From an uncultured Candidatus Saccharibacteria bacterium (GTDB lineage: Bacteria > Patescibacteriota > UBA1384 > XYA2-FULL-43-10 > 1-14-0-10-43-13): a DNA stretch of 32,000 nt. The stretch spans positions 240,001 to 272,000 of the forward strand of contig CAZIYE010000001.1 in the NCBI GenBank assembly GCA_964543385.1, given 5' to 3'. Made by a program: the position numbers and the translations under genes. Position 1 is the first letter of the stretch, and the number at the start of each line of letters is the position of its first letter. The notes below the pieces were generated by a model, which worked only from the letters and a program-made list of their open reading frames with translations, had not been told where the DNA came from and made no database searches. Shown here piece by piece: positions 7,212 through 15,976 of the stretch.

Positions 7212-7242
7212 AAAAAAAATAGCCCCGCCAGGGCTATTTTTT
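7212..7242. terminator. bidirectional-looking terminator hairpin immediately upstream of the GNAT/kinase ORF
   Basis: A8 run, stem atagccc (7219-7225), loop cgcca, gggctat (7231-7237), then T5-6. It ends about 25 nt before the SD of the 7268/7277 start. Confidence 0.65.
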
Positions 7243-7267
7243 AGTACTTTAAAAATCCATAAGGGGG

Positions 7268-8275
7268 ATGACAGAAATGTCAAAAATATTTCACCTGCTG
7301 TCTCTATATATGACAGCAAAACAAGTGCACCAAATAATTATGGAAGAAGCTGCTGATGGCACGCTGCTTCCGCGAACTTTCTTCAGTGTTTTCAAAGCAC
7401 TGTGGCGTGGAGATGGCTATGTCATCATTGTATGGGGCATCGCCATCGCTTACGCCGAATGCCACACCAGTAAAGCCTTTCACTCGATTCATTCGGTGAT
7501 ATCAAAGAAGGGCTATAACGGCTGGCACCTAGCAATGCTAGCGTTAGCCAATCGCCTCCAAGAATGCCAGCGTCGTGATAGAAATAAGATCATAATCCTG
7601 GCATGTGCACCAAATATAGCAAGCTGGTATCGAAAATTTGGCTTCGAAATCCAGCCAAAAGAAAGTGCACCGAAGTATATTTGGGGCGGCCGCACTGCAA
7701 AGCAGTGGGCCGTATGTAATCGAGTCTGGATGACCTGCACCAGATCGTCCTATCTCAACAAGAGGAGACAAGGTACCATGGCTAGACCCAACGCTTTTGT
7801 CAAAATTTCAGGCAATTTGCTTGAAAACGCAGCCGTTCTTGAGTGGCTGCGCGAACTTGCAAGATTCTACTTCGTCGTCATTTGTATCGGCGGCGGAGAG
7901 CAAATCAACGCCGTCTACAAAGAAAGAGGCCTGCCAATTAAATTTGGGCCTCTGGGTCGCATCACCAGATCGCTAGAAGAGCGTCAAATCGCCAGGGATA
8001 TCCTCGAGGAAAACCAGGCGATCATCCAAGATTTACTCGACGAAAAAGAGATCAATGCACGGGTAATCATCCCCGTCGAGGAAATAGGCGGGGTTCTCTG
8101 CCACATCAACGGAGATATCATGATGCTGGCAAGTTATCTCGGCTACGACAAACTGTTCATCCTGACCACGAAAGACAGAGTCGAGAAGAAGCAACTCTGG
8201 CTCAAACAAGTCGGCGAAGTCTTCACAGTTATTGAGAAGGGCACGCTCGACAAAGTCGAGGTGATCGGCTTCTGA
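7268..8275 (+). CDS. single ORF with an N-terminal GNAT-like acetyltransferase region and a C-terminal short amino-acid-kinase (PyrH/AAK)-like region; may also be read as a 165-aa protein from an internal start
   Basis: GNAT-like segment: SVISKKGYNGWHLAMLALANRLQE ... IIILACAPNIASWYRKFGFE. AAK-like segment: FVKISGNLL, VVICIGGGEQIN, HINGDIMMLASYLGYDKLFILT. AAGGGGG precedes ATG 7268 (0 nt) and ATG 7277 (9 nt, the better spacing). The in-frame internal ATG at 7778 has AGAGGAGA 9-10 nt upstream. G+C is about 48-60% on hand-counted lines. Confidence 0.6.
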   Translation: MTEMSKIFHLLSLYMTAKQVHQIIMEEAADGTLLPRTFFSVFKALWRGDGYVIIVWGIAIAYAECHTSKAFHSIHSVISKKGYNGWHLAMLALANRLQECQRRDRNKIIILACAPNIASWYRKFGFEIQPKESAPKYIWGGRTAKQWAVCNRVWMTCTRSSYLNKRRQGTMARPNAFVKISGNLLENAAVLEWLRELARFYFVVICIGGGEQINAVYKERGLPIKFGPLGRITRSLEERQIARDILEENQAIIQDLLDEKEINARVIIPVEEIGGVLCHINGDIMMLASYLGYDKLFILTTKDRVEKKQLWLKQVGEVFTVIEKGTLDKVEVIGF

Positions 8276-8311
8276 CCAGCGGCAAATGAGAATTTGGTCG
8301 CACCAACTAAA

Positions 8312-8341
8312 GCGTCCCGATGCAAATCGGGGCGCTTCTTT
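8312..8341. terminator. convergent (bidirectional) terminator between the GNAT/kinase ORF and the end of the dcw-recJ operon
   Basis: Stem gcgtcccgat (8312-8321) / atcggggcgc (8326-8335), with one G-U, followed by ttcttt. The reverse strand also has a T-rich tail. Confidence 0.7.
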
Positions 8342-8996
8342 ATTTACTCAGAGTACCAACAATCGGGTATTTAGCAAGAGCACTTTTTGCATGCCGACTA
8401 TAAAAAGCATTTGTTAATTCTTTGCCCGCATAATGAGAAAAATGTTTACCTTGTTGAAAAACACTAGAAAGATCATACACCTGACCATCTACAGCAACAT
8501 AGGCTGGCTGATCATTGACGCCATTGAATTTAGCAAGTTCAGCAACAGTAAATGTTTTAGACGCAGTATTATTTGAGGTTTGATTTTCCGATTGCGTCTG
8601 GCCATTATCAACTATATTACTATTCAAAGATTCTTTTTTATTATCGATAACATCAGATTGCACTTTGGAAGTTTCTGAATCTGTCTTCGGCGTGATATAA
8701 AAACGATCAACATAGATAAAACCTGAGACAAAAAGAAGATAGAAAAGAGCAAGTATAGTGGCAGTAAAAACATTCCAGATACACCAACGCTTAAAAGCCA
8801 AATGAATGGCATAGTAAGTATGAACCACAAAAGCAATTATCACTATGAAGGCAAGATAATTTAAATGAATTTTACTCGCTAAGGAAGAGCTAATAATACC
8901 TTTCGTCATGCCATAGCCGCTAATGAGATATAGGAGCATGCCAATCAATAAAACCCAAGCCGAGATACGATCAATTTTAATAAGAAATTTTTGCAT
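8340..8996 (-). CDS. membrane protein with a C-terminal cytochrome b5-like heme/steroid-binding domain, 218 aa
   Basis: About four N-terminal TM helices, a low-complexity N/S/Q/T linker, then FTVAELAKFNGVNDQPAYVAVDGQVYDLS....GKH..H.AGKELT..F...H......KYPIVG, typical of bacterial Cyt-b5 domain proteins. It starts 8 nt after the recJ stop. Confidence 0.75.
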   Translation of the reverse strand: MQKFLIKIDRISAWVLLIGMLLYLISGYGMTKGIISSSLASKIHLNYLAFIVIIAFVVHTYYAIHLAFKRWCIWNVFTATILALFYLLFVSGFIYVDRFYITPKTDSETSKVQSDVIDNKKESLNSNIVDNGQTQSENQTSNNTASKTFTVAELAKFNGVNDQPAYVAVDGQVYDLSSVFQQGKHFSHYAGKELTNAFYSRHAKSALAKYPIVGTLSK

Positions 8997-9004
8997 AATT
9001 TTTG

Positions 9005-10717
9005 TTAATCCTTTGCTTTTATATCAATAATATTTAGTGATAATTTTTTATCCCCTCTCCATTCTTCCTGATTCAAAGAAAAAGCGATGTTATACGATTT
9101 ATCATAATTTATCATACTTTTTTCAAATGGGAAGTTGAAATAAATAGACTTTATCTTCGAATCTTTTTCTTTTGCCATCGCAGAAAAATGATTGGAATCT
9201 TTACCCACAAAACGGAAGTTTTCAAAGGCTATATCCCCTGCCGTGAAAACCGGTCTGGGGTTAGCCAAACCGAATGGCTCAAATTGCAAAAGTTCCTCAA
9301 AGAGCTTGAAGGTCATCTCTGGAAATTTAACCTCAGCATCGATAGAAACTTTTTTGATTAGATTATCATCACTTATTTCCTTATTAGAGATATCTGTCAG
9401 AGCGTTCACGAAATCTCCAAATTTTTCCCGAGACACAGAGAGCCCTGCTGCTCCTTTGTGTCCACCGTATTTATTGATTAGGTCTTTAATTTTCTCCAAA
9501 AGTTCAACAATATTTACTCCCGAAACACTTCTGGCGCTACCAGTATAATCATCTTTACCAATTGAAAACAAAATCACTGGTCTGGCATATTTTTCCACCA
9601 ATCTGCTCGCCGTAGGACCGATAATCCCCTTGGTCCACTTGCCAGAGACAATGATGATCTTATTTTTATATAAGCCCTCTTCTTCAATCTTTTTGATCGC
9701 TTCACGTTCGAGACTATCCATTTCAGCTTGTCGTTCTTCATTTTTCTCGTTAAGAGATATGGCTAATTCTTTTGCCTCATTTGGCACGTTAGTAATTAGA
9801 AGCTCGAAAGATTTAGTCGCCGAGTCCATGCGGCCTGGTGCATTTATCCTGGGAGCTATCTGAAAACCGACTGCATATGCGCCAACATTTTCTGGCAAAA
9901 TATTCGACACTTTATAGAGTTCTTGCAAGCCTAAATTTTTTGTCTTTCTCAAAACCATTAGCCCATATTTGACCAAAGCTCTATTTTCGTCAGATAGGGG
10001 AACCACATCGGAGATCGTAGATATTGCTACCAAATCGAGATTCCACTTTAAAAACTTTTCATCCAATTCTTTTGGAAAATATTTTGACAAGGCTTGGATC
10101 AATTTATAGCCGACAGCACAACCACATAATTCTTTGAAAGGATATTTATCCCCTTCCCTTTTTGGGTTTATCACAAAATTTGCCTTTGGGATCTCTTCAC
10201 CCGGTAAGTGATGGTCGGTAATAATAAGGTCAACACCCTTTTCTTTGCAATAAGACGGCTCAGTAAGATTTCTAATTCCTAGGTCAATAGTAATAACAAG
10301 AGAACAACCCTTTCCGATAAGATTGTCTATCCCCTCTTTGGACAACCCATAGCCACCTTCACGATTTGGGATGTAAACATGCGCTTCAACGCCAATGGCC
10401 CCAAGAGCCCGGTACATCAGTGCTGCTCCTGGAATTCCGTCAGCATCATAGTCTGAAAAAATGCCAATTTTTTCTTTGTCTTCTACCGCTTTTTTGATTC
10501 TCTCAACTGCCCCCGCCATATCAGTCATTAGATAAGGGTCATATAGATCATCACTAAAATTTGGTTTAAAAAACTTAAGTTTCTTTTCCTCATCATCCTT
10601 ATCGAAAATTACTCCCCTATTATAAAGAAGCTGATCTATTAACGAGTCAAATTTACGCTCTTTTACCTCCCAAATTTTTTCCACGATCCCTCTATGATTA
10701 ACCAAATTATTAAACAA
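9005..10717 (-). CDS. recJ: single-stranded-DNA-specific exonuclease RecJ (DHH/DHHA1)
   Basis: DHH-family motifs: IFSDYDADGI, ITIDLG, IITDHH, GGHKGAAG (DHHA1). 570 aa. Confidence 0.9.
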   Translation of the reverse strand: MFNNLVNHRGIVEKIWEVKERKFDSLIDQLLYNRGVIFDKDDEEKKLKFFKPNFSDDLYDPYLMTDMAGAVERIKKAVEDKEKIGIFSDYDADGIPGAALMYRALGAIGVEAHVYIPNREGGYGLSKEGIDNLIGKGCSLVITIDLGIRNLTEPSYCKEKGVDLIITDHHLPGEEIPKANFVINPKREGDKYPFKELCGCAVGYKLIQALSKYFPKELDEKFLKWNLDLVAISTISDVVPLSDENRALVKYGLMVLRKTKNLGLQELYKVSNILPENVGAYAVGFQIAPRINAPGRMDSATKSFELLITNVPNEAKELAISLNEKNEERQAEMDSLEREAIKKIEEEGLYKNKIIIVSGKWTKGIIGPTASRLVEKYARPVILFSIGKDDYTGSARSVSGVNIVELLEKIKDLINKYGGHKGAAGLSVSREKFGDFVNALTDISNKEISDDNLIKKVSIDAEVKFPEMTFKLFEELLQFEPFGLANPRPVFTAGDIAFENFRFVGKDSNHFSAMAKEKDSKIKSIYFNFPFEKSMINYDKSYNIAFSLNQEEWRGDKKLSLNIIDIKAKD

Positions 10718-10743
10718 TTTACCTGCAATCCACTATCTACCCT

Positions 10744-11550
10744 CTACTTATAATACGCCCAGCCATCTACTCGAATATCAACATATTCTTTTATATCCTG
10801 ACGTTTAGAAACCAATACTTTCTTCAAATTTTCCAGCTGCTTTTTGCTACTTCTTAGAGTATTAAATTTTATATAGAACCCAGCATCAGTTTTCAAAACA
10901 ACATCAAATGTTGTCTCACCAACTTCAAAATCAAGCGGTTTTATATTTACAGTTTCATAAAAATTACTATTAATATTTACAATAAATGCGATGAAATTTG
11001 GAGAAACCAGTTGTGTTCCTGGTACAACCGGTAAGTTTGTCTTATCTATTATTTTTGATAAACCGGCACCCTCATCACCAACGATTCTCCGGACAACTTC
11101 ACCCTGATCACTGACGAGATAAACACTATCGCCGGATTGCCAGCTTATTTTACCCTCTCGCTCCAATAGAACTATTTTAATAGCATTTGGAATGCCTCTA
11201 TAAATTTCCACCGATTTTATCTCTGGAAACTTATTCAACAAAGTTCTCTTCGTTCCCTGAATATTAAAACGGAAGATATTTTGACCAGTCGGTATGGATT
11301 CTTTGACCAAATCTTTCGACAATAAGGAGTTACCCTCAACGATTATTTCTCCAACCCTAAACCAACTTGATAATAGAAAAACGTAGCCTAAGATACACAA
11401 CAATATAACATATAGTAATATCTTAAATCCCCACTTGGGAAATGAGTTTTGACTCTCGTCTTTAGACCTAGCGCCAAAAAGCTGAGGCGCTTTATACCTC
11501 TTGATATTGATTCCCTGTCCGCGTCTAACTTTTTTGTTGAAAGCTACCAT
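10744..11550 (-). CDS. ftsQ: cell division protein FtsQ/DivIB-like
   Basis: Basic N-terminus, a single TM (ILLYVILLCILGYVFLL), a POTRA-like start (FRVGEIIVEGNSLLSKDLV), and its position after murB in the dcw operon. ATG overlaps the murB stop (ATGGTAG). Confidence 0.75.
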   Translation of the reverse strand: MVAFNKKVRRGQGINIKRYKAPQLFGARSKDESQNSFPKWGFKILLYVILLCILGYVFLLSSWFRVGEIIVEGNSLLSKDLVKESIPTGQNIFRFNIQGTKRTLLNKFPEIKSVEIYRGIPNAIKIVLLEREGKISWQSGDSVYLVSDQGEVVRRIVGDEGAGLSKIIDKTNLPVVPGTQLVSPNFIAFIVNINSNFYETVNIKPLDFEVGETTFDVVLKTDAGFYIKFNTLRSSKKQLENLKKVLVSKRQDIKEYVDIRVDGWAYYK

Positions 11551-12482
11551 TTGCCAATATATTCGACTTCTTCGCCAAGTCTAATGTTTGATTTGCTCTC
11601 TACTAAATCCTTGGCCTTCTCGGCCAGAGAACGCACATCTGTAGCAGTCGCGTTTTTCTTATTTATTAGGAAATTAGCATGTTTCTTGGAGAATTCAGCG
11701 CCACCAACTCTAAGTCTTTTAGCCCCTGCGCTATCCAGCAAATAACCGGCTGATTGCTCTTTACCCAAACCGTTATTTTTGAAAAAACTACCCGAAGAGG
11801 CCTCACTTAAAGGCTGAGAATTCTTTTTCTTTGCGATGCTTTCCTGCATCATTCTCAATATCTCATCCTTGCGCCTTTGGACCAATTGCAAGGTTGCAGT
11901 CAGAATCACTGGTTTAAATCTAGAATCACTGTATTCTCTCTTTAACCTAGAGGAACGATACGAATGGTCCATCCAACTTGCTGAATGCTTAACAATCGTC
12001 ATTTTATCTTCGCCAGGCAACATAATAGTCAAAGATTTTACAAAATCACCGATTTCATGACCAAATGCTCCAGCATTTCCATATATGGAACCCCCTATTG
12101 TTCCAGGAACGCCGAACAGAAATTCCAATCCTCCGAGATCTCTCCCAGCCGCCAAATTTATAAGTTTACCGAGGTTTACTCCCCCATCAGCTATAACAGT
12201 AGAAAAATTTGGACTAAATACAATATTTGACGATTCATTCTTTATTACGATACCGGGAAAACCAGCATCCGATGGGACAACATTATACCCTCCTCCCAAA
12301 ACAAAGTAGGGAATCTTATATTTATAAGCAGTGGAAACAGCATTCACTAAATCTTCGATTCTTTTTGCTACATAGAAAAAGTCTGCGACTCCACCGACCT
12401 TTAAGCTAACATAGTCTTTCAACACGACATTTTGTTTCAGATCTTCCCCAAGCTCTTTGCGAAGAATTTCGTCGTTAGTCAT
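11544..12482 (-). CDS. murB: UDP-N-acetylenolpyruvoylglucosamine reductase MurB
   Basis: FAD-binding N-terminus (LKDYVSLKVGGVADFF, VLGGGYNV), GVPGTIGGSIYGNAGA, and C-terminal GGAEFSKKHANFLIN. dcw context. Confidence 0.9.
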   Translation of the reverse strand: MTNDEILRKELGEDLKQNVVLKDYVSLKVGGVADFFYVAKRIEDLVNAVSTAYKYKIPYFVLGGGYNVVPSDAGFPGIVIKNESSNIVFSPNFSTVIADGGVNLGKLINLAAGRDLGGLEFLFGVPGTIGGSIYGNAGAFGHEIGDFVKSLTIMLPGEDKMTIVKHSASWMDHSYRSSRLKREYSDSRFKPVILTATLQLVQRRKDEILRMMQESIAKKKNSQPLSEASSGSFFKNNGLGKEQSAGYLLDSAGAKRLRVGGAEFSKKHANFLINKKNATATDVRSLAEKAKDLVESKSNIRLGEEVEYIGKW

Positions 12483-13746
12483 GCGCCTCCTTCAGAATTT
12501 CATCAGAAATTTTATATACGGGAGGAATGCCAATAGTAAGAAGGACTGAATTTTTGTTTAAGTTATCTTTAAGATAATCAACTATCTCCTCATCACTCGC
12601 GAAATATTTCGCGTTGTTCGTCTTCTTGTTAATAGCTAGCACAAGATCTTCTGAAGAAATATCCAACACCTCGTCACGTCCGGGTACAAAAAATATTGGC
12701 TTAACAATCACCTCGTCAGCGTCAGCAAAAGAATCTGCAAATTCAGATAATAGAGATAAGATCCTTTTGTATTGATGTGGCCAAAAGACAACAACCCTAT
12801 GTTTATCTGTGTACCTCTCCTTAAGCGCCGACAATGTAGACTTAATTTCAGTAGGATGATGACCATAATCGTCGACTAGATCAGCGCCATTGTATTGGCC
12901 CTTCAATTCAAAACGACGGTGGGCATTTTTAAATTTAGATAATACCTTGGTAACATCCTCTTGTTTTATCTTTAGACAATCAGCAAGAGCCAAAACTGAC
13001 ATCGCATTCTGAAGATTATGTTTACCAGGGATAGCCATCTCGAAATCTATATGGTTATATTTCTCAGAATCCCTGCCGTAAAAAACAATTTCTGCCTTAG
13101 TTTTTGATTTAGTCACAACATCGAGAATATTTTTGTCATCAGCACAAGCGATGATAATTCCATCATCGGCCACATTGTTTAAATATTTAATAAAAGTCTC
13201 TTTTATCTCAGGAAGACCTCCGGGATAAGTATCAAGGTGCTCTTCTTCGATATTAGTTAGGATTAAAATATTTGGCCGAAAGTCCAAGAAACTTCTATCA
13301 TATTCGCAAGCCTCCATGACAAACCAATCTGATTTACCGAATCTTATTACATCATTATCAAATTCTTTTAGTCTATCCCCGACTAAAACAGTCGGATCAA
13401 AACCAGCTTCAATCAGCAAAAGGCCAACCATCGATGTGATAGTGGTCTTGCCGTGCATACCAGAGATTGCAATTACTTTCTTATCCTTTGTCAGCTCGCC
13501 AAGCAATTCTGATCTTTTGACAACCTTAATCCCCAATCTTTTTGCAGCCGCTACTTCAACCCAACCATCGCAACCAGGATTGACTGCTGATGTCCTAACA
13601 ACAACATCAACATCAGGAGCTACGTTAGTTGCCGAATGACCGCCACTCTTAAGATCTGATCCGGAAACCGTATGGCCAATATTTTGTAAATATTTTTTAA
13701 TGCCCCTCATCGAGATGCCCTGATCTCCGATCAAGTGATATTTCAT
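12475..13746 (-). CDS. murC: UDP-N-acetylmuramate--L-alanine ligase MurC
   Basis: N-terminal IGDQGISMRGIKKYL, Mur-ligase P-loop ISGMHGKTTITSM, DDYGHHPTE. dcw context. Confidence 0.88.
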   Translation of the reverse strand: MKYHLIGDQGISMRGIKKYLQNIGHTVSGSDLKSGGHSATNVAPDVDVVVRTSAVNPGCDGWVEVAAAKRLGIKVVKRSELLGELTKDKKVIAISGMHGKTTITSMVGLLLIEAGFDPTVLVGDRLKEFDNDVIRFGKSDWFVMEACEYDRSFLDFRPNILILTNIEEEHLDTYPGGLPEIKETFIKYLNNVADDGIIIACADDKNILDVVTKSKTKAEIVFYGRDSEKYNHIDFEMAIPGKHNLQNAMSVLALADCLKIKQEDVTKVLSKFKNAHRRFELKGQYNGADLVDDYGHHPTEIKSTLSALKERYTDKHRVVVFWPHQYKRILSLLSEFADSFADADEVIVKPIFFVPGRDEVLDISSEDLVLAINKKTNNAKYFASDEEIVDYLKDNLNKNSVLLTIGIPPVYKISDEILKEAHD

Positions 13747-14855
13747 AAAACCTCTTTCAAAATATTATCTGAGACAATTTTTAATCCACTTTGTGGAAAT
13801 ATTCTCTCATATTTTTCGGATAATGTCTCGATATTTGGTTTCTCGGCCATAATTTCATCGATTAATTTTGTCAAAACATCGGGATTCAAATCCTTATCAT
13901 GAAGGATAGGGAAACCAGTAATAGCGCTTATTTCCTTTGCGTTTTTATTTTGATGGTCACCGGATGAATGTTGATATGGCACCATAATCATTGGCTTTCT
14001 GAGGATTGCAATTTCAGCCAAAGTATTTAGGCCGCAGCGGGTTATAATCAGGTCTGCCTTTTTCATTGCTATATACATCATATTTTTGTCATCAACAAAA
14101 CTGAAAAAATCTTTTACAAAATATGAAGACTTCATATCACTGCAAAGACCATCTTTGGCGTCAGTCGCATCGTCATAAGAAAATGTTCCCGTTTGATGGA
14201 TTATATTGTATCTGGGTAATAAATTGTCCAAGGAGGCAATAACCGTATCGTTGACGATCTTTGATCCCTGACTACCACCAGTTACTAATAAAGTTGGCTT
14301 ATTATTATCAAAACCAAATTCAAAATGGCCAGTGTCAGCAGGTATTCGAACAAGCTGACCAACAAATTCTACTTTGCTAGACCATGGATACTGCTGGAAA
14401 AACTTGGCAGGAAAACCGGTGAATATCTTCTTTGCCCCATCTGCAGCTATCCGGTTAGAAAAACCCATTTCAATATCAGATTCATGAATGTAATAAGTTA
14501 TCCCAAGTACTCTAGCCCAAAAAGTAATTGGCAAAGACACGTATCCCCCTTTAGCAAAAATAACTTTTGGTCTTATGTCTATCAATAAAAACAATGCCTG
14601 AAAAAAACCAATCGTTAATTTAAATAATTCGATAATATTTTTCCAAGTTATAACACGGTGCATTTTTCCGGCAAAGATCTTATGGTATCCTGGAATCTTA
14701 CCGTAAAAATTTTCTTCGATTTCACCGCCCGCACCAACAATAGTTAGCTTTAGTCCCTCATATGTTTTAAGAATTTTATATATTTCGAAAATTGGCACCA
14801 CATGACCGCCAGAACCACCACCAACGAGTAATACATTTTGCTGAGTTTTTTGCAT
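13743..14855 (-). CDS. murG: undecaprenyldiphospho-muramoylpentapeptide beta-N-acetylglucosaminyltransferase MurG
   Basis: GGGSGGHVVP N-terminal motif, TGGSQGS, and a GT28 C-terminal half. Its stop overlaps the murC start (ATGA). Confidence 0.88.
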   Translation of the reverse strand: MQKTQQNVLLVGGGSGGHVVPIFEIYKILKTYEGLKLTIVGAGGEIEENFYGKIPGYHKIFAGKMHRVITWKNIIELFKLTIGFFQALFLLIDIRPKVIFAKGGYVSLPITFWARVLGITYYIHESDIEMGFSNRIAADGAKKIFTGFPAKFFQQYPWSSKVEFVGQLVRIPADTGHFEFGFDNNKPTLLVTGGSQGSKIVNDTVIASLDNLLPRYNIIHQTGTFSYDDATDAKDGLCSDMKSSYFVKDFFSFVDDKNMMYIAMKKADLIITRCGLNTLAEIAILRKPMIMVPYQHSSGDHQNKNAKEISAITGFPILHDKDLNPDVLTKLIDEIMAEKPNIETLSEKYERIFPQSGLKIVSDNILKEVL

Positions 14856-14857
14856 AT

Positions 14858-15976
14858 TTACCTTCTGCTTTCCATAATTTGGTGCTTCGATATATTAGTT
14901 AAAATCCCAACCGCTGCAAGTAAAACTACCAATGATGTACCACCATAACTGATGAAAGGCAACGGTATGCCCGTAAGAGGGATCAGAGAAAACATTGCTG
15001 CAATATTTATAAACATTTGGTAAAAGACCCAGATAACAATCCCTGAAGCTAAAAGCCTGGCAAAAATATCCGGAGCATTTCTTACTATTTTTAACCCCCT
15101 AAAAGCTATCAAGGTGAAAACTACGATTACCAGTGCAGCCCTCACAAAACCAAGCTCTTCGCTGACAATAGCAAATATCGAGTCGGTGTGCGCCTCCGGA
15201 AGATACAAATATTTCTGTCTACTTTGGCCAAAGCCCAAACCCCATAGTCCGCCTGAGCCGATAGCAATCAAAGCATTTTGAATATGGTATCCTGCCGCTA
15301 AATTATTATCACCGGGGTTTAAGAAAGTGAGCAGTCTCTGCATTCGATATGGCTCAATCTTGATTGCTATCCAAAGCAGTGAAGCTGCAAGCCCACCAGC
15401 ACCGACAATTTGGTATATAGGGGCACCAGCCATTATAAATATTCCAGCTGCGATAAGGGAGAAGATGGAGAGAGTTCCAAGATCTTTCTGAATTAACATT
15501 AAGAATGCAATGAATCCCACGATTCCAACAAATGGCCAAAACATTTTTTTGACTTTTTCTACACTATCACCCTGACGTGCAAACCATCCTGCGAGATATA
15601 CAAGGAAGGTTAGCTTGGCAAATTCAGCAGGCTGGAAATTTATTGGACCGATGTGAATCCACCGACCAGATGAAGCAAAACCAAAAGGATGCAGTAGTAT
15701 AGGTAACGCTAATAAGAAAATAGTAATAAAGAAACAAATGCCAGCGTATTTTAACCAATATTTGTAACTGATAGCCTGAAAGAATACCCAAACGGCTAAT
15801 CCAAGCAAAACAGTAGAAATCTGCTTTTTCAGGAAAAGTTTATCAGTGCCATTATCAGTGATCTCTAAAGAATAGTATTTAGAAACAGAATAAATCGCGA
15901 TTAATCCAAAGGCGATTAATCCAAAAACTAACAATGATAATAAATAATCTGAATGTTTTTTATTTGTCTTGTTCAT
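14858..15976 (-). CDS. ftsW: SEDS-family peptidoglycan glycosyltransferase FtsW
   Basis: About 10 TM helices with SEDS motifs: QPAEFAKL, YLPEAHTDSIFA, PLPFISYGGTS. Confidence 0.88.
   Translation of the reverse strand: MNKTNKKHSDYLLSLLVFGLIAFGLIAIYSVSKYYSLEITDNGTDKLFLKKQISTVLLGLAVWVFFQAISYKYWLKYAGICFFITIFLLALPILLHPFGFASSGRWIHIGPINFQPAEFAKLTFLVYLAGWFARQGDSVEKVKKMFWPFVGIVGFIAFLMLIQKDLGTLSIFSLIAAGIFIMAGAPIYQIVGAGGLAASLLWIAIKIEPYRMQRLLTFLNPGDNNLAAGYHIQNALIAIGSGGLWGLGFGQSRQKYLYLPEAHTDSIFAIVSEELGFVRAALVIVVFTLIAFRGLKIVRNAPDIFARLLASGIVIWVFYQMFINIAAMFSLIPLTGIPLPFISYGGTSLVVLLAAVGILTNISKHQIMESRR

Noticed and set aside
8624-8836. 70-aa alternate-frame minus-strand ORF inside the cyt-b5 membrane protein gene
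   Set aside because: It lies wholly within the longer ORF, which has a recognisable C-terminal domain, and it has no independent signals.
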